The notes: generated from the letters alone by a model not told the origin. 64,000 bases of DNA from Eledone cirrhosa (GCA_964016885.1 OZ024743.1:99200001-99264000); one strand, 5' to 3'; positions 12,803 to 25,662 are shown, counted from the first letter of the stretch. Made by a program: numbers and translations.

Positions 12803-13711
12803 CTAAGACAAAACATAGCTAAGACAAAAGTGCTGATAAGTAGAAAAGAGGACAAAATTCTGATTCCACCAGAGCAATGGCCATGTACGATATGTAGGAA
12901 AGGAGCTGGCATAAATTCTATAAAATGTACACAATGCAGATGTTGGGTACACAAGAGATGTAGTGGGATAGCAGGCAAACTAACAGGTAGGGAAAACTAT
13001 GTATGCAGTAGATGTACAGGGAAAGTTGGCAATAGTAATCACAGTGATAGACACATTTTTCCAATGCAGGTGGGTTCTATAGAAATGGTTGATAGCTTCC
13101 GCTACCTAGGTGATCAGACTAGCATGGGAGGGGGGTGTTCCAAGGCCATAGTATCTAGAATAAGGACAGGTTGGAAGAAGTTTAGGGCGCTGCTTCTTCT
13201 GTTGACAAAGAAGGGTTTCTCCCTGTGTACGAAAGGTCGGTTATATGATGCCTGTATGAGATGTGCGATGCTGCATGGTAGTGCGACATGGGCAGCAACT
13301 ACAGAGGATATGGGACGACAGGAGAGAAATGAAGCCGGCATGCTCCGTTGGATGTGCAATGTCAATGTGCATGAATGACCAAGCATAGATGAGTTGATAG
13401 AGAAACTGTGTATAAGCGGGATAAGTTGTGGTGTGCAGGAGAGAAGACTGAGGTGGTATGGACATGTGATGTGCATGGAGGATGACCGCTGGGTAAAGAA
13501 GTGCCAAAAAATCTCAGTAGAAGGAAGACGCAGTAGAGGAAGACCACGAAAAATATGGGTGGAGGTGGTGAGGGCAGACCTCAGATTGCTGAAGCTCACA
13601 GAGGAGATGACGAAGGACTGTGACAAGCGGAGAGATGCTGTGCTGAATAGGACCCGTCCCACCCTTGCAATCAGGGAAAAGTGAACGTATGATGATGATG
13701 ATGATGATGAT
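12803..13711 (+). mobile_element. RTE LINE 3' fragment (second subfamily)
   Basis: ORFs 12830-13378 and 13394-13684: WPCTIC...HKRC, RIRTGWKKF, RRLRWYGHV. GAT tail. Confidence 0.9.
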
Positions 13712-13723
13712 ATATATATATAT

Positions 13724-14118
13724 GGAGGCACATGGCTTAGTGGTTAGAGCATTGGCCTTGCAATCGAAAGGCTGTGAGTTCAATTCTCAGACCAGGTGAT
13801 ATGTTGTTTCCTTGAGCAAGACACTTTATTTCACATTGCTCCAGTTTACTCAGCTGTAGAAATGAGATGATAGGGACTGGGGTCCCTATCATTCCCCTAT
13901 AAAGTGGACGTGTAGGTGCCACGGCAAAAAATCACCCAACCCACACTGTAAAGTGGACGTGTAGGTGCCACCGAAAAAAAAAAGTACCCAGCACTCACTG
14001 TAAATGAGGTTGGTGTTAGGAAGGGCATCCAGCTGTAGAAATCAAGCCAGAATCAGTTCCCATCCCACTCTTGCAAGCAAGGAAAAAGCGGACGTAAAAT
14101 GATGATGATGATGATGAT
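13724..14118 (+). mobile_element. tRNA-derived SINE family A
   Basis: A/B-box head, ccttgagcaagacactt central motif, RTE-like tail with (GAT)n. Confidence 0.9.
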
Positions 14119-14129
14119 ATAAGAGAGAC

Positions 14130-14524
14130 AAGAGAGATTGTTCCAATTACAGAGGAATCTCCTTGTTAAGCATCACTGATAAAGTCTATGCTAAGTGTCT
14201 GGCAAAGAGATTGTCGAATCAAAGCTAGCTGATAAAGAGTGTGGTTTTCACCTTAGGTGTAGCACAGCTGACCAAATATTCACACTGAGGCAGGTCTTCG
14301 AGAAATCGTGGGAGTATTGCCAAGAGGTTTATTCTTGTTTTGTTGACCTTGAGAAGGCATATGGCCACATTCCTCAAAACCTGTTGTGCAGAAGTATGGG
14401 ATTGATGCAGCTGCTTGCTGCCCTGATGTCTCTACATGAATGCCTGAGTATTTGTGCTCAGAGAAATGGTGCTAAATTGAAACCATTCAAAGTGGGAATC
14501 AGACTCTGCAAAGACTGTATATAG
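14130..14524 (+). mobile_element. Decayed RTE-type reverse transcriptase fragment
   Basis: NYRGISLLS...CGF...STADQIFTLRQVFEKSWEY...CFVDLEKAY. Confidence 0.75.
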
Positions 14525-15490
14525 ACACCTTTTCTGTTCATTATTTACATAAAATGCACGCTGTACATTGTAAAGTGGTTGGTGTTAGGAATGACATCCA
14601 GCTGTAGAAACCATGCCAAATATGGAATGTATGACGCCAGCATGAAAAGCTGACATAAAATAATGTTGATGCTGATGTGTGTGTGTGCGTGCATATGTAT
14701 ATACCTATATGAAAATCTTTCAAGATAATCCATAAAAGAATAATCTTTAAAAAATTGTACTGGAAGAAACCCTAGAAACCTTACTTTCTGTTTCTGTTGT
14801 CATGGAAAGAAATTAGGATTTTATCTTTATAAAATAGAAAAAATAAAATTATCTTTATAAAATAAGTAAAAATAGAAAATATAACTACATATTTTTGGAA
14901 TATGAAAAAAAATATAAAAACAACTCTGATATCTGAAATATATAAAGAATGGATTACAACCGATTTATCCTGCTCTGAAAATGTTCAAATTAAAGAAATT
15001 ATTGAAGAATTGAAACAACAATAAAAGTGTGAAGAACTTAAGCTGGAGAATTTGAAATAGAAATTGACCTTTTAGAAAGATATGAGAAGAAAATGCAATG
15101 CTAAAAATCTTTAACATTGTCAACCATGAAATTCAAACTATCCTTAGTAGTAAATCAAGTGGAAATGTCCTTTTCTTTCCACACATACATGTGGAATGAA
15201 GAATGTCAAAAACAAGGAGACTGATGAAGTAAAAGGTGAACTGAAAATGGAAAATGGTTCACAAGACACCAAAAGAAAATATTACACAAAAATAAATATA
15301 TAAATAAAATAAAATTAAACTAAATGCCAAAATTTATTTTTAAAAATGATTACGTTTGATCAGAGTTCTGTTGAATCAGGGTTGACCTGGGACTAAAGAA
15401 CACCACTAACAACAACTATCATTAGCTATGGTGATGATGAATAGCTGTATTTCACCAGCAATGGTGACAACAGCAACAACAATGTTTTAA

Positions 15491-15740
15491 CCCTTTAGCA
15501 TTCACATAGCATAACCGATGCTAGCGTGGAAAATGGACGTTAAGCGAAGATGATGATGATGATTACTCTATATTTACTATTGTATTTTCACAGTAAAGTC
15601 TATACCTCACATAATTATTTCACATAATATTGAATCTATGAGACTTTGATGTCATTTATTTTGAAAACAATACCTTAACATAAGTATGAGGGGCTGGTTA
15701 TGGCCAGTTTGAACAGAAAGAGATGAGAGAATTCTGGCCA
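15491..15740. mobile_element. piggyBac-like MITE family 2, partial copy interrupted by a short (GAT)n-tailed retro-fragment
   Basis: ttaa-ccctttagcatt start and interior match 45421-45636. Insert at ~15509-15562. Confidence 0.6.
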
Positions 15741-16383
15741 TTTCCCTTATGAAGTAGGAGTTAGTCTTGCTGGTTCCAATGACAAGCTTCTCTAGTTTGC
15801 TATACCCTCTGCATTCCTTCTCACTAACCTCTTGCTTTCATTTACTTCATCATCTTTAGCCATGTCTTTCCTGGACTTCTACTTTCTTCCACATTTATTT
15901 CCATCTCTTCTCTCACCCTTCCATAATACATGACCCCACCATATCCTTCAATTTCCCTCTTTAACATTCATCACTAATTCCATTCCTATCATTCTCCAGC
16001 ATCTGGCACCTCTTTTAATATGGACATAATTATGACTGAGCCCTGAATTTCTTGTGACCTACCAAAGTACTAGGTGCCCACAGGTAATACTTTGTCATTT
16101 GCAATCATCTAAATATCTAGATATCGATGGCTACTGTAGCTCCAGTGAATTGAGGAAATTCTTATCCTATTTTAAATACATTCATTGGGCAAGTCCCAAA
16201 ACATTTGTGCTTTTATATTATTATAGTTAAGATGTAGGAAGAGTATTTCCACCTTTATAATTTGTTTTTAGGGAATAGACAAAGGTGTGTTGTAAAGGAT
16301 TTCTAGAGAAAAAGTTATGTGACAGCAGGTGCTTATGAATTTACTCTGAGTTATTACTGAGATCATTGTTTGGAGGCATATAT

Positions 16384-16720
16384 GGAGGCACATGGCTTAG
16401 TGGTTAGAGCATTGGCCTTGCAATCGAAAGGTTGTGAGTTCAATTCCCAGACCGGGCGATGTGTTGTTTCCTTGAGCAAGACAATTTATTTCCCATTGCT
16501 CCAGTTTACTCAGCTGTAGAAATGAGGTGATAGGGACTGGGGTCCATATCATTCCACTGCAAAGTGGTCGTGGAGGTGCCACGGCAAAAAAGCACCCAGC
16601 ACTCACTGTAAATGAGGTTGGTGTTAGGAAGGGCATCCAGCTGTAGAAATCAAGCCAGAATCAGTTCTCGTCCCACCCCTGCAAGCAGGGAAAAAGCGGA
16701 CGTAAAATGATGATAATGAT
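16384..16720 (+). mobile_element. tRNA-derived SINE family A
   Basis: Near-identical to 24055-24390. Confidence 0.9.
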
Positions 16721-16991
16721 TGTTTGTCAGCAAAATAGATGATTTGCCACACATCTGGAATGAAAGTTCTTGAAAATCAAGGTTATATCTGTATCAAATT
16801 ACATAATAGTACTTTGATAGTTGGTCTGTGAACCATAGAAATATAGATTAAAAACAAAAACAAGGTGTAAATCAAAGGCAAGTCATAAAATACCAAAACA
16901 TAAGTATTTCAAGCTGAATAAGTTGGACCAGAAAAAGACAAAAGACAAAAAAATAACAACATACCAACATACCAACACTACACCTAATATT

Positions 16992-17143
16992 CCCCCTCCA
17001 TACACACGCACACATGTATATTATGACTCATACACTATTCACTTCCCTGACATTTGTATATTATTCTATATACTATACATGCACCTTTGATGAGTTGTAG
17101 TGCACCTGAGCACTGTACACAATCATTTCATCATTATCATTAT
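16992..17143 (+). repeat. Unclassified interspersed repeat (probable LINE 3' end); second copy at ~52730-52883
   Basis: Shared tatacatgcacctttgatgagttgtagtgcac(c/t)tgagcactgtacacaat followed by an ATT-rich tail. Confidence 0.6.
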
Positions 17144-18289
17144 ACTTCTTAATACAATATACTGTCAAATCTATGACTTAAAATATCTAAAAACCAACAA
17201 TTATATAAACTAATGTAGAAATTAAATACTTTCAAACAATTTTGCGACTATATCTTTAATGAGTAAATTGATTATATTTTTTAAATTAATTTTCAATAAA
17301 AAGATTATGCAAAGGATTTAATAAAAGATCTGTTAAAACCTGAAATCTCTAAATATTGTTTATTTTATAATGAGATTTTAATCAAAATTTATGTTTAAAT
17401 ATGAGCAGTTTAAAACGAGAGGCTTCAGGCAGGTTGGTATTAAAAGAGTTACAAACTATACTGTTCAGAAACAAGACTAGATCACAAATGCATTGCAAAA
17501 AATAAAAAATAAAATAAATGAATAAAATGTAGGTTGAAATATTGATCAGAAAGTGCCTCAAAATTTACATCTTACAATGAAATAAAAGCTAAGCCAATGG
17601 GAATGACTCATCAAAATAATATATGACTACATATATCCACAGACAAACCCTAAAACACAAGTTTTAACCCTTTCATTACCACATTTCTTATGAAAGACCT
17701 TGCTTATGATTTGCAATTAATTTTGAAAACAATTTAAAATTTGCAGGGATTTAATAAAATTAGGGCCAATACTACCATTAAGGCTCAAAGCACAGACGTC
17801 AGAGAAGGGCATTACTGAAGCTTAGAAAATTACAGTCTGATACAAATTTGTATAATTAACTTATATAATAAATATCTGTGTTTAATAAATAAATAGCTCA
17901 AAATCTTTGCTATATAGCAGAATTGTGTAAATATGCAAAAGTGTTGGAGAGGGTCATATAGTGTTGTGGCTTGTGGAAAACTACTAAATGCAGGTTTAGT
18001 AGTTTTCTTAGTGTGGTCAGAGGAAGAAGTGTCAAAAACTAGATTTGTCAGCTTACCAAACTGTAAATTGAAATAGTTTTACATAAGAAAATGTGGTGCA
18101 TAACTGAGAGAATGTGATGCATAACTGGAAGACAGGGGCATACATTGTAGAGCTAGCTGAGTGGGCAAAATAACCAGAATCCAGTTCTAAGTAATATGCC
18201 TAACTATTTTATAATTAAGTTGGTGTCTGAAGCATGTATTAACAAAGGTTTGTACATAAAACTATGATGGAAGATTTTTAGATAAATAT

Positions 18290-18995
18290 AAATGTACAGG
18301 GAAATTAAACAGTGGAAGTCGCATTGATAGACACATTTTTCAAATGCAGGAGGGCGCTATAGAAGTGGTGGATAGCTTCCGGTACCTAGGAGATCAGATT
18401 AGCATGGGAGGAAGGTGTTCCGAGGCCATAGTATCTAGAATAAGGACGGGTTGGAAGAAGTTTAGGGAGCTGCTTCCTCTGCTGACGAAGAAGGGTTTCT
18501 CCCTGCGTATGAAAGGCCGGTTGTATGATGCCTGTGTGAGGAGCGCGATGCTGCATGGTAGTGAGACAGGGCAGCAACTGCAGAGGATATGCAACGGCTG
18601 GAGAGAAATGAGGCAAGCATGCTCTGTTGGATGTGCAGTGTAAATGTGCGTGAACGACCCAGCATAAATGTGTTGAGAGAGAAACTGTGTCTAAGAGGGA
18701 TAGAATGTAGTGTACGGGAGAGGAGACTGAGGTGGTATGGACATGTGATGCACATGGAGGATGACCGATGGGTGAAGAAGTGCCAGGAAATGCCAGTTGA
18801 AGGAAGACGTGGTAGAGTAGACCACGAAAAACATGGGCGGAGGTGGTGAGAACAGACCTCAGATCGTTGAAGCTCACGGTGGAGATGACGAGGGACCGTG
18901 ATGAGTGGAGAGATGCTGTGCTGAATAAGACCCGTCCCACCCTTGCAAGCAGGGAAAAGCGGACGTAAAATGATGATGATGATGATGATGATGAT
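18290..18995 (+). mobile_element. RTE LINE 3' fragment, likely tail donor of SINE family A
   Basis: VDSFRYLGD...RIRTGWKKFRELLPLL...RRLRWYGHV. Ends cccgtcccacccttgcaagcagggaaaagcggacgtaaaa(tga)n. Confidence 0.9.
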
Positions 18996-20096
18996 AAATG
19001 CTTCAAATTGAACATTTTTATATTGTAGAGCCAAGAGTGATTACAGATGGTTTGATATCAAATGAAATTCAGATTATTTAAGACTACAATGCAATGTTGA
19101 GAAGAGAATTTAAAACATCAGATGTATAAAAAAAAATAAAACTATTCTTTATATAGATAAGGTGTAGTCTGAAGGGAATTTAGCAACAAAATTACCCTTG
19201 AACCACAAGCAAAAAAGACATTATATAATGTAGTCTTGGATACATTGAAAATATGGGAGGTTGACCAAAGCTAAAACACATTAACCATAAGTCTATTTAA
19301 CCAGAGTTGAACTAAGGCCAAACAACAACATTTATAGGGGTTTTATCATTAGTAAAAAATATAACTATTTTTTTAGATAAATATTTAGATAAATATTTGA
19401 ATAACAGTAAAGGCAATAACAATAGTGAAGTTGATAGCTGAAATATAAAAAAATAAACTATTATTCAAAAGAGAAAGGAAACATGCTTTGGCTAATTTTG
19501 ATTCTGTATGTAAGGAACCATAACTCCTGATAGAGTTGTAGGGGTGCCATCTTGGATATATTAAATCTGGCAGAGCCCATTCATTCTCCACCTCAGAATA
19601 CAGATAATTTCTTCCAGGAAAGGAGAGCAAGAGAGAGTAAGGGAGAGGAGGTGATGAAGACACACAAAGAATGACTACAGTACAGGGCTGGTATATATTT
19701 TTTTAATCAACCTCGAAAAGATGAAAGACAAAGTTGACCTTGATTGGAATTGAACCCAGGGAGAAGAGAATAACTGGAAATTGTGGAATATGTTTTTACC
19801 TTAACCATATTTCAAAGGAAATACACACTATTTCAATTAATTAATGAAGCATTTTGAGAGATTTACTAAAGTAATTAATTATATTACTAAGATATTTTAA
19901 CATGGTTTCCATATAAAATTTAATTTAAATAAAACCCATTAAAATTGGTGGTTTTGTTTCAAAGAACTAGAGCAGGTTTCTGCTGTGTTTGTATCAAAAT
20001 GTTTAGAGAAGGCTGAAAAAATACAAAAACAACAAAAAACAACAACTACAAGAACAGCAACAACAGAAGAATAAAAAGAAAAAAGTGTTTTCTTAC

Positions 20097-20293
20097 TTCT
20101 GGAAGGTTATCGTTATACAGAAGTTCATCTAATGTCCGGAAAGTTATACTTCTTTCGACTTTCTCAGCTCGAAAGTGCTTCTGTCGCTTCCTTCGTTGCA
20201 TTCTGGGTGATCCACATCCATCTGCAGAAATATCTGTGTCAGAATCTGAGTCTGAGCTGCCTTCCGTGCTGTGAATTTGGCCAAGGTCATCTT
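20097..20293 (-). CDS. TULP4: Probable TULP4 internal exon (197 nt, phase 1-0), acidic/Ser-rich then basic linker
   Basis: Acceptor ttgcag, donor gtaaga. Open in the phase left by the previous exon: (K)DDLGQIHSTEGSSDSDSDTDISADGCGSPRMQRRKRQKHFRAEKVERSITFRTLDELLYNDNLPE. Resembles the SDSSD...SP+ linker that follows this region in TULP4. Not in the ORF track. Confidence 0.75.
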
Positions 20294-20331
20294 CTGCAAT
20301 TTAGTTAAAATTTTGAATATTTTAGATACTG

Positions 20332-21138
20332 TAGGGAACTACTACCACTGCTAGCTGCAAAAGGCTTCTCCCTCAAAATGAAAGGCAGACTGTATGATGC
20401 GTGTATCCGAACAGCGATGTTGCATGGTAGTGAGACCTGGGCGCTGAAGGTGGAAGACTTACGTAGATTAGAGAGAAACGAAGCCTGCATGCTCCGATGG
20501 ATGTGTAACAGTAATATACGTGAACGACAAAGCATAAATGAATTGAGAGAGAGACTGAGCATAAGAGGAATCAAATGCTGTGTGCAGGAGAGGCGGTTGC
20601 GCTGGTATGGACAAGTGATGTGTATGAACGATGACAGCTGCATAAAAAGGTGCAGAGCACTAGAAGTCGATGGAAACTGCGGAGTGGGGAGACCCAAGAT
20701 GACCTGGGATGAGGTGATAAAAGCCAACCTTACCCAATTACACCTCTCAAAGGCAATGACACACGACCGTGATCTCTGGCGTCACGCAGTAATACAGAGT
20801 ACCCGACCTCCCATGGGTACAAGCTGAAGCATATAGACAATATGCCCCCACACCCTCCCACTGCAAGGTGGTCATGGAGGTGCTACGGCAAAAAAGCACC
20901 CAGCCCACACTGTAAAGTGGACGTGTAGGCGCCACGGAAAAAGCACCCAGCACTCACTGTAAATGAGGTTGGTGTTAGGAAGGGCATCCAGCTGTAGAAA
21001 GCAAGCCAAATCAGTTCCTGTATGAGCAAGGCATGGTCAGCCGACCAGACACTGCCCACAACAGGATAACCCGTCTAACCCATGCTAGCGTGGAAGAACG
21101 GACGTAAAACGGTGATGATGATGATGATGATGATGATG
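20332..21138 (+). mobile_element. Young RTE LINE 3' fragment, near-identical to 1509-2311
   Basis: ORF 20378-20827 differs from the C-terminus of ORF 379-2004 at only a few residues. Same 3' UTR and tail. Confidence 0.93.
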
Positions 21139-21211
21139 TGTTTCTTCATAAAAGAAGGAAATGTTAGATTATGAAGTTAAAATACATGTATGTTTTTCTT
21201 CTTATTATTTT

Positions 21212-21402
21212 GGTGGTGGATTGGCAGTACTGGTAGAGGGTCGAACACCATGCTTTGAAGCATAGAGTTACCTCCCTTTATGATCTGAGTTCAAATCCCG
21301 CTGAGGTTAACTTTGCCTTTCATCCTTACGGGGGGTCGATAAAATAAAGTACCAGTAATACACTGGGTAATTGCTGGCCTTGTGCCGAAAGTAGAAACAA
21401 TT
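21212..21402 (+). mobile_element. SINE family B
   Basis: ggattggcagta...gagttcaaatcccgctgaggttaactttgcctttcatcct...ggtcgataaaataaagtaccagt. Many related copies (e.g. ~5860-6015, 21480-21650, 22770-22890, 43810-44020, 49200-49355). Confidence 0.8.
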
Positions 21403-22012
21403 ACTTTGGCTATTATTAAGACCAGTTCTTTTTCACTACATCTCATATATATATATACAGCCGATTTTTTCTATAGAGGAAGAATTGACCCCAGTACAGG
21501 ACTGGTACTTTTTTTATCAACCTCAAGAGGATGAAAGGTAAAGTTGACCATGGCGAGATTCAAACTCAGAGCGTGCAATGAGGTGGAACAAATACTGTGT
21601 AGCATTCTATCTGACGTCCTAATGACTCAACTCTGCCAATTCGCTGCCTATATATATATATATATAACTATATATATATCTGCACACACACACACACACA
21701 CATATATAAACATATATATACATATATATATATGTATTGAGTATGAATATTTTTACCATACTAATGTAATATATGTATGCACATGTGTATCTGTCTATAT
21801 ATTTATATATATATAATAAATACATTAAATATATATATATTTAATGTATTTATTTATAATAGCCAAATACATTAAATATATATATATTTATTTAGGTTTG
21901 TTGAGGGCGACCGACCAAGGTAGAAGCTGCTAAATAGTCGGTCGTCCTCTTGTCTCTGATTTTCAGCCCCATGGATTTTATCTGTTATATTCCTTTGTTT
22001 GTTATATTTTTA

Positions 22013-22070
22013 ATACCTGACGATGTCACCAGATTCATACTGAACCCGGTCATTGAAATGATCATAGTAT
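22013..22070 (+). ncRNA. Minimal type I hammerhead ribozyme motif
   Basis: Stem I atac/gtat. Core CTGACGA (22017-23). Imperfect stem II. GAAA (22055-58). Perfectly palindromic stem III atgatcat. AUA triplet. AATAAA immediately after. The island is flanked by (TA)n. Confidence 0.7.
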
Positions 22071-22119
22071 AATAAACCTTTCAAGGATTTACACCAGTCC
22101 AGCCTCCTGTTATTTTATA

Positions 22120-22205
<86 letters not shown>

Positions 22206-23134
22206 TATATCGATGGACTTACATCAGTTTCAACAATGAGTTTTTCAGTTGTTTGATAAAAGGAACAGCCTGCTCATGAAATTAACAAGTAAATGGCTGA
22301 GTATACCTTAACATAGTTCTCTGGAGATTCAGCATGACACAATGTGTGACAAAAATGGCCCTTTTAATTACAAGTACAACTCATTTTTGCCAGTTGATTG
22401 GACTTGGTGCAACTTGAAATAAAGTTTCTTGCTCAAGGACACAATACGCCATCAAGAACTGAATCCAGTAAGCTATGTACCTATGACCATGTGAACAGTA
22501 AGCAGCTCAGCACATTAACCTTATCACAGTCGCACTTAAATATATAAACTGAAAATAACGTTACTGAAAATAAAATTACATATAAAATAATATAACTGCA
22601 TGAGAATAAAAATTACTGAATCAATAGCAGAAAATATATAATATTGGACATCTTGTAACTGTTCTCTTGCTTACATACACTCTCTCTACCTCTCTCTCTG
22701 TCTCCCTATTTTTATTTCTCAGCCACCCATTCTACTCAAAAATGTTTATTTCTTATAATTGTTTCTACTTTTTGACAGAAGGCCAGCAATTATTCCAGTG
22801 TATTACTGGTACTTTATTTTATCGACCCCATAAGGATGAAAGGCAAAGTTAACCTCGGCGGGATTTGAATTCAGTCCGTAAAGGGATTAAACTTAGAAGT
22901 TCACCATGTTTTCATGAAGGCCGAGCAGCATACTCTCCACATAAAAACCTAAGTGAGCAAATACTGAGATAATAGCAATGTCTTGTATCTTACTCCTCAA
23001 CAGCTAATATTCAAAAGTTCAGCTTGACCGTTAAATGTATCTAGCTTATTGGTCAGGGAGATTTTGCAAAGGTTATAGGCACTCTTCCTCCTCCTCTGCT
23101 CCACATCATCATCATAACCATCACCACCACCACC

Positions 23135-23570
23135 ACCATCATCATTTTTATGTCTGTTTTTCCATACTTGAATGGTTTGGATAGATCTTTCTTAGCACAG
23201 CATCTCTCCACTCACTGCATTCCTTCGTAATCTATTCTGTGGGTTTCAGCGATTTGAAGTCAATTCTCACCACCTCTGCCCAGGTTGTTCTTGGTCAACC
23301 TCTACTGCAGCTTCCTTCCACTGGGATTTCCTGGCACTTCTTCACCCAGCAATCTTTGTCCATGTGCATCACAAGTCCACACTAACACAGTCTTCTCTCC
23401 TGCACACCTCAGATTCCTCTTAAACCCAACTTCTCCCTCAACTCGTCCAAGCTTTGCCTTTCTCTAACACTTACATTGCACATCCAACAGCATGGTTGCT
23501 TCATTTCTCTCCAATCCATGCATGTCTTCTGCAGTCACAGTCCATGTCTCACTACCACAGCAGCCTTGCA
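23135..23570 (-). mobile_element. Old RTE LINE 3' fragment
   Basis: Colinear with 346-684 plus 2312-2400. (CAT)n tail. Confidence 0.75.
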
Positions 23571-24054
23571 ACAACTCTCCGTACAATACTTGTTTGGAGA
23601 GTTTCTAGTCTTCTATGTGACTCAACCAGCAGAGACACTGTTTCATGATCATTGTCTTCATGCTTGGCAGATAGGCCTGTTACAGTACCTCAGTATCTGG
23701 AGTATGAGACTTTCATGAGATCTTGAGGATGGAGCACAAGCATTGTGTATGGAAATGCTCAAAGCTCTAAATATACCCACAGTAAGTTGTCCATGTCTCA
23801 CATCTATACAGCAAGGCGGTCAGCAAACATTCAAATTTAATGTGCACACTGATATGTGACTATGAACACAGGTGCTTTTTCTGCATATGAAAAGCATCAG
23901 TAGCTGTGAATCCTTCTGTGCTTTTTTAAGTGAACACATACATATGTGTGTGTGTGTTTATGTATGAGTTTTTTGTAGTTTTTTTGTGTGTATGTGCATG
24001 TACATATATATGTATGTTTTTTGCCTGAGTGTCTGTGTGTATATGTTTATATAT

Positions 24055-24390
24055 GGAGGCACATGGCTTAGTGGTTAGAGCATTGGACTTGCAATCGATA
24101 GGTTGTGAGTTCAATTCTCAGACCGGGTGATGTGTTGTTTCCTTGAGCAAGACACTTTATTTCACATTGCTCAAGTTTACTCAGCTGTAGAAATGAGATG
24201 ATAGGGACTGGGGTCCCTATCATTCCACTGCAAAGTGGTCGTGGAGGTGCCACGGAAAAAAAGAACCCAGCACTCACTGTAAATGAGGTTGGTGTTAGGA
24301 AGGGCATCCAGCTGTAGAAATCAAGCCAGAATCAGTTCCCGTCCCACCCTTGCAAGCAGGGAAAAGCGGACGTAAAATGATGATGATGAT
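24055..24390 (+). mobile_element. tRNA-derived SINE family A
   Basis: A/B boxes, central domain, tail identical to the RTE end at ~18930-18995. Confidence 0.9.
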
Positions 24391-24623
24391 ATGAGTGTGT
24401 GTATGTGTATATCATGTTTGACTTTTATGTATTGTCTGTATGTGTGTGTGTATACATGTGTCTGTAAATTCTTTAGTGTTTTTTGTGTGCTTATGTGTAC
24501 ACATAAGTGTGTGTGTGTATGTTTATGTATGGGTATGTGTGTTTATGTCTATGCATGAGCATGTGTGTGTGTGTATTCAAATATATACGTGTATGTCTGA
24601 ATTTGTTAAATATCAACATACAT

Positions 24624-24665
<42 letters not shown>

Positions 24666-24969
24666 TTTTAATATAGAAGAGCTTCTACAGGACTAGAACT
24701 GTTTCATTCGTGAGAAATCATCAGGAACCTAACTGTCCAAGTGAAAATGGTAGTATTTATATCTTTTCTGGTGGTAGGAGAGGGTGGGGAGTGGGATGGG
24801 TGGAGGTTGTTAGAATTCCCTTCTCTTTCAACCAACGACCTCCACCTATCCCACTCCCCACCCTCTCCTACCACCAGAAAAGATATAAATACCACCATTT
24901 TTACTTGGACAGTTAGTTTCCTGATGAATGAAACAGTTCTAGTCCAGTAGAAGCTCTCCTATATTAAAA
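24666..24969. repeat. ~140-150-bp-arm fold-back in (TA)n (probable inverted Penelope-like terminus)
   Basis: 24666-24813 is the reverse complement of 24832-24969 apart from scattered substitutions and a 10-nt indel. An unpaired extension runs to ~25040, then TA repeats. Confidence 0.9.
24680..24730 (-). ncRNA. Type I hammerhead ribozyme motif, sense to the TULP4 pre-mRNA
   Basis: Minus strand reads aggttc CTGATGA tttctcacgaat GAAA cag ttctagtc ctg TA gaagct. Intact core, stem II ttc/gaa, stem III acag/ctgt, GUA triplet, stem I with one G-G mismatch. Confidence 0.7.
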
Positions 24970-25132
24970 CATGCATACTCTGCTATGTAGTGAGTACCTT
25001 ACTTACTGTGGTTACCTCCGACTCAACCCGGAATAACTTATATATATAGTCTTCCCTCCTTTTACTAGTTTCTGTCATTAGACTGTAATTTACCAAAGAA
25101 AGCTCATAAAGTTTTTATTTGAAATTACTTAC

Positions 25133-25361
25133 TTTGGAATGTTTTGATCTTGGGATCAAAAATGACAAAATCTGGCCTTAGTTTACTGGTGCGTTTTCCT
25201 TTGAGCAAAGGGACTAAACCTCCAAGGTACTCCAGATACAATGTGTAGTGACCTCCAGATGTCTCCTCTCCATGCCGAAGCATTGTGCAGTATAAACGCT
25301 CATTCCCGGGGGGTGGAATACTCACAAACTCCCGGAGCTTGAATGGATCTGGAATGTAACT
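25133..25361 (-). CDS. TULP4: TULP4 internal exon (229 nt, phase 0-1)
   Basis: SYIPDPFKLREFVSIPPPGNERLYCTMLRHGEETSGGHYTLYLEYLGGLVPLLKGKRTSKLRPDFVIFDPKIKTFQ contains the TULP4 signature YTLYLEYLGGLVP.LKG.R.SKLRP.FVI.DP. Acceptor ctttcaag, donor gtaagt. Frame continues from the 29039 exon. Confidence 0.92.
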
Positions 25362-25662
25362 CTTGAAAGAATAAAAAATAAAATAAAATAAAAATAAATG
25401 AATAAATAAAAATTAGATAAATAACTATAATAACAATAGCATTAACGATCATACCACTTAACATCTATTTCCCATGCTTGATTGGGTTAGAGAAGTTGTT
25501 ATGAGGCTAGCCAACACAAGGCCAGAGGTGTGAGGGGTAAGAATTGAGTAAATTGATACCAGCACTTCACTGCTACTTTATTTATCAACCCCTTGGAGGA
25601 TGAAAAGCAAATTTGGCCCCAGCAGGATTTAAACAGAGGATGTAAAGAGCTAGAACAAATAA

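Noticed and set aside
13724-13795. tRNA-Cys-like cloverleaf (GCA in loop, A/B boxes)
   Set aside because: It is the head of a multi-copy SINE (five copies here) with a poor acceptor stem, not a tRNA gene.
19385-19663. Minus-strand 92-aa ORF as the next TULP4 exon
   Set aside because: Lacks the expected VTSNIWGTKF motif and clear splice sites. That exon was not found in 1-20096 and probably lies outside the window.
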